NCBI GenBank assembly: GCA_964394985.1
Contig: CAYMZK010000002.1
Span: 88,349-138,771, forward strand
Length of the DNA stretch: 50,423 bases
Reading direction: 5' to 3'
DNA from: an uncultured Candidatus Saccharibacteria bacterium
GTDB taxonomy: Bacteria > Patescibacteriota > Minisyncoccia > Minisyncoccales > GWA2-38-27
Shown: piece by piece, positions 37,482 through 45,733 of the stretch
Layout of the letters: each line of letters opens with the position of its first letter
Position numbering within the stretch: position 1 is the first letter of the stretch
Notes under the pieces: model-generated
Database searches by the model: none
What the model saw: the letters and a program-made list of their open reading frames with translations, nothing else
Told to the model about the DNA's origin: nothing
Program-made: the position numbers and the translations under genes

Positions 37482-38984
37482 ATGAATTTGTTTAGAATGA
37501 TAATACCTGTTTTTCCGGAAGTAAATGTTTTTTCTCATCAAGCTAAAAGAACCACTGCTCTTGGTCCTCTTATGATTGCTACGGCTATCAATAAGATGCC
37601 AGAGTGGAAAGTGGAAGTGATCGATGAAAATAATTATGAAGGAGGATTGCCGAATCACCGAATATTGCAAGAAGATCGTCCAGCAACAGTAGTTGGTTTT
37701 TACTGCGGGCTGACCAGTACAATCAGGAGGGTTTGGGAGTTAGCTGAATTTTATCAAAATAATGAAGTTCTTACTATCGCTGGTGGATGGCATGCTCATT
37801 ATTGTCCTGAGGAAACTTTGGATCACAATATAGATGTTGTCGCTCATGGCGACGGAGAAGAGACAATCAGAGAATTGCTGAATGCTTTTCCGGACTTTGG
37901 GTTAATGAGTAAAGTTCCTGGGATATCTTTTCGTAGCCAGAAGAGCGGTGAAAATGTTCAACGCAATGGTCTAAAACTGAGATTAGTAGCAGACTTAAAT
38001 ACTCTGCCTAGTCCTGATTTTGGTCTTTTGAGAAAAGCGAATATTAAAGTTTATCCAATTGGTCGTATCAGGGGTTGTAGTCAGGGTTGTGAGTTTTGCA
38101 GTGTTAAGGGAAGGCCTCGTTGGGCTAGTCCGGAGCATTTATTTAATACAGTTACTTATTTAGTTGAAACACGAAAAGCAAAACGTTTTTTTATTGTTGA
38201 TGATCGCCTTGAAGGAGACCGCGAAGGAACAAAAAGATTTTTTGAATTGATAGCTAAGAAGTATGGCAACCGGCTTCGCTTTACGGTTCAGGCTCGATTA
38301 GAATTGGCAGAAGATGTAGAGCTTATGGAAGCGATGAGTAGCGCCGGAGTTCATGTTGTTTGCATTGGCGTTGAATCGCCAATTGATGATGATCTGAGGG
38401 CAATGAAAAAGGGATATACTTCGGAAAAAATGCTTGACTGGATAAAAACTATTAGGCGGTATTTTCGAACCCATTGCATGTTTATTGCGGGATATCCTCA
38501 AAAGATATCTGGAAGGCAAGTAAGCCCAGATCAAATAGTAAGATCATTTAGGGGTTTTGCTCGTCGCTCCAAAACAGACACGATTCAAGTAATGCTTCCG
38601 GGACCTGGAGTAGGAACGGGGTTGCGTAGGCGACTTGAAAAAGAAGGCAGACTCTTCCCCTTGGATGTTGTTTCTTGGGATAAGTATGATGGAGGATATG
38701 TTTGTTTTCAGCCAAAAGATATGAGTGTTGAGGAGCTTCAAAAAATACCGTTAAGAATTATGGGTAGATTTTACAGTCCGGTGATTTTTATGAGAGTTAT
38801 TTTTCGAATTTTAATGTTTCCAAGTCATTGTTTTTTAAAAGGATGGAAGCATTGGCTTAGAATGTGGAGTCGGGATTTAACATGTGCTGGAGGACACATT
38901 CTTCTTCGCCGAAGAAAAGGACGAGAAAATGCCGACGATCATGTAAGAAGAATAAAAACCTATCAACAACAGCGTCGAGAATAA
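37482..38984 (+). CDS. B12-binding-domain radical SAM protein
   Basis: IAGGWHA, GDGEE, RGCSQGCEFC, IGVES; AGGAG SD. Confidence 0.88.
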   Translation: MNLFRMIIPVFPEVNVFSHQAKRTTALGPLMIATAINKMPEWKVEVIDENNYEGGLPNHRILQEDRPATVVGFYCGLTSTIRRVWELAEFYQNNEVLTIAGGWHAHYCPEETLDHNIDVVAHGDGEETIRELLNAFPDFGLMSKVPGISFRSQKSGENVQRNGLKLRLVADLNTLPSPDFGLLRKANIKVYPIGRIRGCSQGCEFCSVKGRPRWASPEHLFNTVTYLVETRKAKRFFIVDDRLEGDREGTKRFFELIAKKYGNRLRFTVQARLELAEDVELMEAMSSAGVHVVCIGVESPIDDDLRAMKKGYTSEKMLDWIKTIRRYFRTHCMFIAGYPQKISGRQVSPDQIVRSFRGFARRSKTDTIQVMLPGPGVGTGLRRRLEKEGRLFPLDVVSWDKYDGGYVCFQPKDMSVEELQKIPLRIMGRFYSPVIFMRVIFRILMFPSHCFLKGWKHWLRMWSRDLTCAGGHILLRRRKGRENADDHVRRIKTYQQQRRE

Positions 38985-39041
38985 TCTTGACGCTTTTTTA
39001 ATGTCTAGGTTTAGATATATAATACGTCTAATTTGAAATAA

Positions 39042-39136
39042 TATGAAGGTTGAACCTTCATATATTTGTGCTCCACCAGGTGGAGCACAAGGTGGAGCAC
39101 AAATAACTGTTTCAATGGTCTTTTGGTGTATCATTT
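39042..39136. repeat. Left boundary repeat: palindrome + second palindrome + 29-bp repeat
   Basis: TATGAAGGTT-G-AACCTTCATA; TTGTGCTCCACC-A-GGTGGAGCACAA; TGTTTCAATGGTCTTTTGGTGTATCATTT (39108-39136). Confidence 0.85.
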
Positions 39137-39270
39137 AATCAAAGTGTTGCACTTCAATGTTGAATGTACCGTACAAAAAGTTGACAAAAATTTCATAATA
39201 TGCTAAAAATTGATTCATAGAAAAAACTGCTTTTTCAAAACAGAATAATAGCAAAAGGAAAGGAGTTATC

Positions 39271-39963
39271 ATGAGCAAAAACCTGGTAACCGAATTAGTG
39301 GCCCTGTTTCAGGGTCAGAAACTGGAAACCGTTCAACAGGCGGTCAAAGAAGCCACGAAGCAGGTCTGGCCTGAACTCGTGACTGGCCCGCTCAGCGAGC
39401 TGTTCGACACGCAGATGGAAACCCTGAAGGCGCGTGGTTGCCCGAAGAGCGTCATCGACGTGCTCACCAGCAAGAAGAGCGAAGTCATCGCCAAAGCAAC
39501 GGAAATCGAAACGGCCGACGGCCACATCCCGTTCGTCCCGGTAGTTCCGAGAACGGCAGTCGATCTCGGCGATCTGATGAGGATGGTTCGCAATCGTGAT
39601 CGTGAGGGGTTTAGCTATCTCTATCAGTCCGATGTAAGCAACGTCGTTGACGTGCCCAAAGAACCCTACTTCATCTACGACGTCGAGGACGGCAAAGACA
39701 TGCTCGGCAAGTCACCCGAGAAAGCGGAAGCTCTCATCAAGAAGCAGGATCGAACCTGTCTCACGGCTGATGAAGGCATCGCCCTCTGTGTTCACACCAA
39801 CGTGCTCTCCGAGCATTACGTGGACTGCACAGGTTCCCGCTGCAGGCACGCCGTCAGGGTGCCGCGTGTCTGCCTCGGCGGCGACGGGCCGAAGCTCGTC
39901 TGGGACCGTGCTGACGGCTCGGTTGACGGGTGGGGTTCCGCTTCCTGCCGTAGTCGGGCTTAG
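39271..39963 (+). CDS. Putative DGR target (variable) protein, DUF5701-like, with 3' variable region
   Basis: Visibly high GC; C-terminus GSR..VP.V.L....PKL.W......WGSASC; variable-looking positions use NNC/NNT codons; TTGACA promoter element and AAGGAG SD upstream. Confidence 0.7.
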   Translation: MSKNLVTELVALFQGQKLETVQQAVKEATKQVWPELVTGPLSELFDTQMETLKARGCPKSVIDVLTSKKSEVIAKATEIETADGHIPFVPVVPRTAVDLGDLMRMVRNRDREGFSYLYQSDVSNVVDVPKEPYFIYDVEDGKDMLGKSPEKAEALIKKQDRTCLTADEGIALCVHTNVLSEHYVDCTGSRCRHAVRVPRVCLGGDGPKLVWDRADGSVDGWGSASCRSRA

Positions 39964-40005
39964 GTCCTCGGCACTTCGGACCTTTCGGTTTCTTGTTCTT
40001 TGTTT

Positions 40006-40018
40006 CCGCCGAAGGCGG
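40006..40018 (+). promoter_or_regulatory. GC hairpin with GAA loop downstream of the VR (DGR cis-acting stem-loop candidate)
   Basis: CCGCC-GAA-GGCGG, 42 nt after the target stop codon. Confidence 0.6.
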
Positions 40019-40028
40019 TCGCTACAAA

Positions 40029-40068
40029 AAAGAGCAGATGATTAATCCTGTCTGCTCTTTCTTTTTTT
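40029..40068. terminator. Bidirectional terminator
   Basis: AAAGAGCAGA-12 nt-TCTGCTCTTT flanked by A and T tracts. Confidence 0.75.
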
Positions 40069-40246
40069 ATACTTCTCGATCATTTATCCACTCCCAGATT
40101 TTATGCCTTATTTCCTGCTCAAGCTTATTACTATCAGCATGGCTTAAAACTCCGAGATAAGAATTAAAGGATTGCATTAAAGTAAACTCATCAATTTTTC
40201 CTTTCTTGTATTCTTTTACTCTCTGCTTTAATTTTCTAAAAATCCT
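40067..40246 (-). pseudogene. C-terminal remnant of a DGR-type reverse transcriptase (absent from the ORF track)
   Basis: Manual translation: RIFRKLKQRVKEYKKGKIDEFTLMQSFNSYLGVLSHADSNKLEQEIRHKIWEWINDREV*; SYLGxLxHA thumb motif; no start codon, cut at the right boundary repeat. Confidence 0.75.
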
Positions 40247-40250
40247 TTAG

Positions 40251-40305
40251 TATGAAGGTTCAACCTTCATATATTGTGTTTCAATGGTCTTTTGGTGTAT
40301 CATTT
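40251..40305. repeat. Right boundary repeat (direct copy of the left one)
   Basis: TATGAAGGTT-C-AACCTTCATATAT plus the identical 29-mer at 40277-40305. Confidence 0.85.
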
Positions 40306-40375
40306 TGGTGTATCATATCATATGGACCAGTACATTTTATTGATTTTTAATGTAAAATTTCATATACTTAAAGTA

Positions 40376-40942
40376 ATGATCTCGTATTTAAATGGAAAAT
40401 TAATAGTAAAGACAGGTAAGTTTGTTATCGTCGATGTTAATGGAATTGGTTACAAGGTTTTTTTATCTAAAAAAACCATTAATCAAGTACCAGTTTTAGG
40501 AGAAAACATTAAATTTTTTTGTCATTTAAATGTTAAAGAAAATATAATGGATCTTTATGGGTTTTTAGACTATAAGCAATTAGAGTTTTTTGAGATAGTA
40601 GAAAGCATTAGAGGGGTTGGTCCTAAGATAGCCCTAGAAATATCTTCGCTAGGATCTTTGGATAGTTTAAAGTCTAGATTACTAGCTAAGGATGAAACAG
40701 TTTTTGAAGATATCCCTGGCATTGGGAAAAAGAAAGCCATGACTATTATTTTAGAGCTAACCGGAAAAATTAAAGATGTTAATAGGTCTTCTAAAAAGGG
40801 ATCGTTAGATGAAGCTGAAGATGCTCTTGTTAATTTGGGCTTTTCTAAGAGTCAAGCCAAAGAAGCTTTAAAGGAGATTTCAAAAGACATTTCTTCTGAA
40901 GAAAGAGTCCAAGAAGCCTTAAAAATACTAGGACGTAACTAA
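40376..40942 (+). CDS. ruvA: Holliday junction DNA-binding protein RuvA
   Basis: MISYLNG, VNGIGY, LYGF, GVGPKIA, IPGIGKKKA, ALVNLGF; start at 40376. Confidence 0.95.
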   Translation: MISYLNGKLIVKTGKFVIVDVNGIGYKVFLSKKTINQVPVLGENIKFFCHLNVKENIMDLYGFLDYKQLEFFEIVESIRGVGPKIALEISSLGSLDSLKSRLLAKDETVFEDIPGIGKKKAMTIILELTGKIKDVNRSSKKGSLDEAEDALVNLGFSKSQAKEALKEISKDISSEERVQEALKILGRN

Positions 40943-40948
40943 TAAAAA

Positions 40949-42115
40949 ATGAAGGCATTAATTAAAAAACTTACTCCGGGAGTTATTTTGGGCAGTTATC
41001 ATTTTACATTATCTTTGTTGGGTGCTTTTATTTATGGATTTCCTTCTAGAAAGCTAAAAGTTATTGGCGTGACTGGAACTAGTGGAAAATCAACCGTTGT
41101 TGAACTAACAAGCTTAATTTTAAAAGAAGCCGGTCTTAAAACCGCTTCCATATCTTCTATTAGATTTACTTTAAATGAAAAAACCTGCGAGAATAGGTTA
41201 AAAATGACTATGCCTGGCAGAATGAAGATTCAGAGTTTTTTGAAAAGAGCGCTAAAAGAAGGGTGTGAATATGTGGTTATGGAAGTTACTTCAGAAGGAA
41301 TAAAGCAACATCGCCACCGCTTTATTAGCTTCAATGCGGCTGTTTTTACGAATCTAAGCCTTGAACATATTGAGTCTCACAAGGGTTTTGAAAATTACAA
41401 AAAAGCCAAATTAAAGTTATTCAAACATTGTCAAAATATTCATATTATTAATTCGGACAGTCATTATGCTAAAGACTTTTTAGAGGTGCCAGCCAAAAAG
41501 AAGATTTTGTTTGGCATAAAAGATGTTAGTTTAGTTCCTCAAGATTTTAATTTAGTTGGAAAGTTTAATTTGTATAATGCTATTTGTGCTATTAAAATAG
41601 TTACCACTCAAGGAGTGTCTTTGGATACTTGTCAGAAAGCCCTAAGAAAAGTTGAGGCTATGCCCGGTAGAATGGAAGTGGTTTCTAGAAATCCTTTAGT
41701 AATTGTTGATTATGCTCATACGCCAACCCAATTAAAAAAAGTCTATCAATCAATTGAGGGAGAAAAGGTTTGTGTTTTAGGTTCTTGTGGCGGAGGAAGA
41801 GATAAATGGAAAAGAAAAGTTATGGGAGAAATAGCTCAAAAGCATTGCAAAAAAGTAATTATTACTAATGAAGATCCTTATGACGAAGACCCATTAGAAA
41901 TTATTGATCAAGTGGCTGGTAATACCTCTGCTGAAAAGATCTTGGATAGAAAGGAGGCCATTAAAAAAGCGGTTAGTTTAGCTAAAGATGAGGCGGTAAT
42001 TATTACTGGCAAAGGATCAGAGCCTTGGATGTGCGCTAAAGATGGAAAGAAGGTTCCTTGGGATGATCGTCAAATAGCCAGAGAAGCTCTTGAAAATAAT
42101 TCAAATTTAAGCTAG
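40949..42115 (+). CDS. murE: Mur ligase, MurE-type
   Basis: GVTGTSGKST, MEVTSEG, PGRME, VDYAHTP, GGGRDKWKR, GKGSE. Confidence 0.85.
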   Translation: MKALIKKLTPGVILGSYHFTLSLLGAFIYGFPSRKLKVIGVTGTSGKSTVVELTSLILKEAGLKTASISSIRFTLNEKTCENRLKMTMPGRMKIQSFLKRALKEGCEYVVMEVTSEGIKQHRHRFISFNAAVFTNLSLEHIESHKGFENYKKAKLKLFKHCQNIHIINSDSHYAKDFLEVPAKKKILFGIKDVSLVPQDFNLVGKFNLYNAICAIKIVTTQGVSLDTCQKALRKVEAMPGRMEVVSRNPLVIVDYAHTPTQLKKVYQSIEGEKVCVLGSCGGGRDKWKRKVMGEIAQKHCKKVIITNEDPYDEDPLEIIDQVAGNTSAEKILDRKEAIKKAVSLAKDEAVIITGKGSEPWMCAKDGKKVPWDDRQIAREALENNSNLS

Positions 42116-42151
42116 TCTAAAAATAAATAAACCACATCAAGAATTTAAAAA

Positions 42152-43105
42152 ATGATTATCAAAGAAATATACGATTTAGCTATAGAGATGGGAATTAAGT
42201 CTGACTTTCGAGGAGAACAAGGAGTCAGAAAGTTTTTAGATATTAAAAAGAAGAAGTATGAGAAGATGAACGAAAAAGAAAAAGAAGAATTTAACCGAGA
42301 CGCTTTAGATAATCCCTATCTTGATTCTGCAATTCACAATATCTCTGAAGATAAAGAGATAAAAAAGATAATGGTTGGAGTGGATATAGACACCGCTGAA
42401 GTTCTTTTAGCTAAACAATTAGGTGATATCGATTTAGTTATTGGCCATCATCCGATTGGCAAAAGCTTAGCTTATCTCTCTGATGTTATGAGTCTTCAAT
42501 GCGATGTTTTAAATTATTATGGAGTACCCATTAATGTAGCCGAAGGGCTAATGAGAGAAAGAATTGGAGAGGTTTCCCGAGGGACCAATAGCCCCAATCA
42601 CCAAAAAACAATTGATGCCGCTAAATTATTAGGAGTGAATTTGATGAATGTTCATACTCCTTGTGATAATTTAGCCGCTAGGTTTCTAAAAATATTTATT
42701 GACAGCAAAAAACCAGAAACGGTTGGGGATTTAGTAGATATTTTAAAAAGATTGCCAGAGTATCGAGAAGCAATGAAGTTAGGAGTTGGTCCTAAAATAT
42801 TTGTTGGTTCTTCAGAAAATAGATGTGGCAAAATAGCTTTAACCGAGATTACCGGTGGAACAGAAGGATCTCCTAAGCTTTTTGAAAAGATGGCTAACGC
42901 TGGGATTGGAACAGTTGTTGGGATGCATATTTCTGAAGAAGGAAAAAAGCAAGCCGAAGAAGCTCATCTAAATGTAGTTATTGCTGGTCATATGTCTTCT
43001 GACTCTTTGGGAATTAATCTCTTTTTAGATGCTTTAGAGAAGAAAGGCGTTCAGATAGTTCCTTGTTCAGGATTTACTCGTTTTTCTCGTGTTTTTGAAC
43101 AATGA
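42152..43105 (+). CDS. NIF3-like (NGG1p-interacting factor) dinuclear metal protein
   Basis: NPYLDS, VGVD, GHHP, HTPCDN, AGHMSSDSLG. Confidence 0.8.
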   Translation: MIIKEIYDLAIEMGIKSDFRGEQGVRKFLDIKKKKYEKMNEKEKEEFNRDALDNPYLDSAIHNISEDKEIKKIMVGVDIDTAEVLLAKQLGDIDLVIGHHPIGKSLAYLSDVMSLQCDVLNYYGVPINVAEGLMRERIGEVSRGTNSPNHQKTIDAAKLLGVNLMNVHTPCDNLAARFLKIFIDSKKPETVGDLVDILKRLPEYREAMKLGVGPKIFVGSSENRCGKIALTEITGGTEGSPKLFEKMANAGIGTVVGMHISEEGKKQAEEAHLNVVIAGHMSSDSLGINLFLDALEKKGVQIVPCSGFTRFSRVFEQ

Positions 43106-43121
43106 TTATTCAGCCGAATTT

Positions 43122-44642
43122 TTAAACCAACTTCTTAATCATATAGGTGTTGTTTAATCTATATCCTAGTTTTCGATAGTAGCCCCTTACTCCAATTCCA
43201 GAAATAACAGATATTTTATCCAATCCCTCTTTTTTAACTATTTTTTCTGCTTCTTTCATTAGCTTTTTTCCTAGCCCTTTATGTTGAGCGGCTTTTCCTT
43301 TTTCTGAAACCGGGATCATTTGTCCGTAAGTATGAAGCTCTCTGACCATTCCCTTGTCTTCTAAAATGCGAAGACGAAGTAAGCTATAAAGGTGACTCCT
43401 GTCTTTATTCTCAAAACTTAAAAAGATTTCTTTTTTACCAGAAGCTAGATAGTCTTGCCTAAAAAGTTTAATCTTTTCTTTAGTATGCGCTTCTTTTATT
43501 TCACGACAACGAATACATTTGCAGTCTTTAAATTCTGACTGGACTATTTCTCTAAGATTAGAAAATTTAACTCCTCCTTCAACGATATATTCAGCTGGGA
43601 TATCTCTTATTACTCTTTCAATTCTAACATAGTAAGGGATTTGTTTTTTAATCTCAATTAAAAGTTTTACTAATTGTTCTTTGCTGTATGGCTTGAACTT
43701 TTTCTTCTTATAGATTTTGTATAAAGGGGCTTCTTTAACTAATCCTAAAGGATATATTTTTAATAAGTCTGGTTTAAAATTAGGATTGGTAAAAAGCTCT
43801 TTAAACATTTCTATATCTTTTTTAAAGCTACTGCCCAACAAATTAGGCATTATTTGATAAGAAACCTTAAAGCCATAATCTTTCAAAAGTTTTGTTGCCT
43901 TTATGACATCAGAAATATTATTTCCTCTTTTGTTTAATTCTAGAACATCATTATAAATACTTTGAACTCCGACTTCAACCCTAGTTACTCCTAATTCCCT
44001 CAATCTTTTTATTTCCTTTTCGTTGATGTAGTCCGGCCTGGTTTCAATAGTGATGCCAATGATTTTACTTTTAGCTTTTTCGTTTAATTTTTGAGCTTTC
44101 TTTAGAGAGGTCAACTTTTTATTATTGCAAGCGTTAAAGCATTGAAGAATAAATTTTCTTTGATATTTCTTGGGATAATAACTCCAAGTTCCTCCAATTA
44201 TCCTTAGCTCTATTTTGTCGGTAGGGTGACCGGTAATATCTAAAGATTTAAGTCTTGTTTTTACTTGCCTGTAAGGACTAAAATTGGTTAAAATCGCTCT
44301 TTGAACAGCCGGCTCTTTTTTAAGATAGCTTTTGGGAATGTTTTTTTGAGAAGGGCAATAAAGACATTTGCCAGGACAATCATAAGGTTTAGTTAAAACC
44401 GAAACATTGACAATGCCCGAGAGAGACCTGGTTCTTCTTTTAATCAATAGAATTTCTAAATTTCTGTCTTTTTTAATCCTTTTATTATTAACTAAACTAT
44501 GGTATGCTTTTAGTAAATCGACATTGGATGGAGTGGTTATGTGATATTTTTTAGAAACGTCCCTTTTTACTTTATCCAAACTAGCCAAATCTTTAACTTT
44601 GGCTTTAATGATTTCTAAAATTGCTAATTGATAAACATTCAT
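43122..44642 (-). CDS. elp3: Elp3 family tRNA U34 carboxymethylation enzyme (radical SAM + KAT)
   Basis: CPGKCLYCP, GGTW, IETRPD, RVIRDIP, CIRCRE, RELHTYG, QHKGLGKKLM, ISGIGVRGYYRKLGY. Confidence 0.93.
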   Translation of the reverse strand: MNVYQLAILEIIKAKVKDLASLDKVKRDVSKKYHITTPSNVDLLKAYHSLVNNKRIKKDRNLEILLIKRRTRSLSGIVNVSVLTKPYDCPGKCLYCPSQKNIPKSYLKKEPAVQRAILTNFSPYRQVKTRLKSLDITGHPTDKIELRIIGGTWSYYPKKYQRKFILQCFNACNNKKLTSLKKAQKLNEKAKSKIIGITIETRPDYINEKEIKRLRELGVTRVEVGVQSIYNDVLELNKRGNNISDVIKATKLLKDYGFKVSYQIMPNLLGSSFKKDIEMFKELFTNPNFKPDLLKIYPLGLVKEAPLYKIYKKKKFKPYSKEQLVKLLIEIKKQIPYYVRIERVIRDIPAEYIVEGGVKFSNLREIVQSEFKDCKCIRCREIKEAHTKEKIKLFRQDYLASGKKEIFLSFENKDRSHLYSLLRLRILEDKGMVRELHTYGQMIPVSEKGKAAQHKGLGKKLMKEAEKIVKKEGLDKISVISGIGVRGYYRKLGYRLNNTYMIKKLV

Positions 44643-45318
44643 GGATAAAGAATACGCAAAACAATTAATTGATAAGACTAAGAATGATTATAACCTAATT
44701 GCCGAGGACTTTTCAAGGACTAGATCAAGAATTTGGCCAGAAGTTGCTTTTTTATTTGATGATTTAAAGCCAAATGAAAAGGTTTTAGATTTGGGTTGTG
44801 GCAACGGAAGATACCATAATCTTATCAAAGAAAAAGGATCAGAATATATTGGAGTAGATAATTCTGAAAAATTAGTTGAAATTGCTAGAAAGAAATATCC
44901 GGAAACAAGTTTCTTAAAAATAGATAGCTTAAATTTACCTTTTGATAAAAATTCTTTTGATAAAATCTATAGCATAGCTGTTTTGCACCACATTCCCTCT
45001 AAGGAGTTTCGTTCGATCTTTTTAAAAGAAGCTAGAAGAATTTTAAAACCTAATGGCCAGATTATTGTTACTGTTTGGAAGTTGCAAAACGGCTTATCCT
45101 CAATCTTTAAATATGCTTTTTTAAAACTAGTCGGTAAATCAAAATTAGATTTTGGTGATGTTTTTGAACCTTGGAGCGATAAAACAGAAAGATATTATCA
45201 TTTGTTTTCTAAAAGAGAGCTAATCAGATTGTTTAAAAAATCTGGTTTTAAGATTAAAGAAGTGGGCGTTATAGAAAAAAGGAAGAGAAAAAACATTTAT
45301 CTAATTGCTCAAAAATAG
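44641..45318 (+). CDS. Class I SAM methyltransferase, Trm9/ALKBH8-like
   Basis: YNLIAEDFSRTR..W, DLGCGNGRY, SIAVLHH, DVFEPW, RYYHLF. Confidence 0.8.
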   Translation: MDKEYAKQLIDKTKNDYNLIAEDFSRTRSRIWPEVAFLFDDLKPNEKVLDLGCGNGRYHNLIKEKGSEYIGVDNSEKLVEIARKKYPETSFLKIDSLNLPFDKNSFDKIYSIAVLHHIPSKEFRSIFLKEARRILKPNGQIIVTVWKLQNGLSSIFKYAFLKLVGKSKLDFGDVFEPWSDKTERYYHLFSKRELIRLFKKSGFKIKEVGVIEKRKRKNIYLIAQK

Positions 45319-45406
45319 GGAGGTGTGCGAGAGTGGTTGAATCGGGCAGTTTCGAAAACTGCTATACCGAAAGGTATCGAAGGTTCGAATCCTTCCACCT
45401 CCGCCA
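45319..45406 (+). tRNA. tRNA-Ser(CGA)
   Basis: GGAGGTG/CACCTCC acceptor, GCAGT-TTCGAAA-ACTGC anticodon arm, long variable arm, encoded CCA. Confidence 0.95.
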
Positions 45407-45457
45407 TATCATTCTAGTTTTCTTGAAGGAAAAGAGAATATAGGATAAAATAAGAGA

Positions 45458-45715
45458 ATGAGAAAGAAATTCTTTTTATTTTTACTTTTATTTATTGGAG
45501 TTTTTTGGTTTGTTTTTATTAAATGGTGGAGGCATGGACGCAATCCAAAGATAAAAAAAACTGTTATTGCTTATTATGGAGGTAGAAATATGTCGACATC
45601 TTCCTTTGGCGAGATCGGGTCTAGTTTTTCTGCTTTTGCCAATTCTCTTTCTAGCACTTTTCAATCTTCTCCTGGAAGTTCTTCTGGTAGTGGTGGCGCT
45701 GGAGGAGCTGGTTAA
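45458..45715 (+). pseudogene. Miniature or internally deleted DUF2207-like membrane protein
   Basis: Signal/TM, WWRHGRNPKIKKTVIAYY and a Ser/Gly-rich tail, joined in only 85 aa. Confidence 0.5.
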
Positions 45716-45733
45716 TTAATTAATTTAAAAAGT

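Noticed and set aside
37347-37670. 107-aa minus-strand ORF
   Set aside because: Antisense to the radical SAM start and promoter region, with no recognisable features.
39042-39136. Clustered short repeats as a possible CRISPR array
   Set aside because: No regular repeat-spacer periodicity and no cas genes; only palindromes and a two-copy direct repeat.
39295-40045. Alternative ORFs 39295-39525, 39333-39593 and 39647-40045
   Set aside because: Shadow frames of the high-GC target gene with no recognisable motifs or SD.
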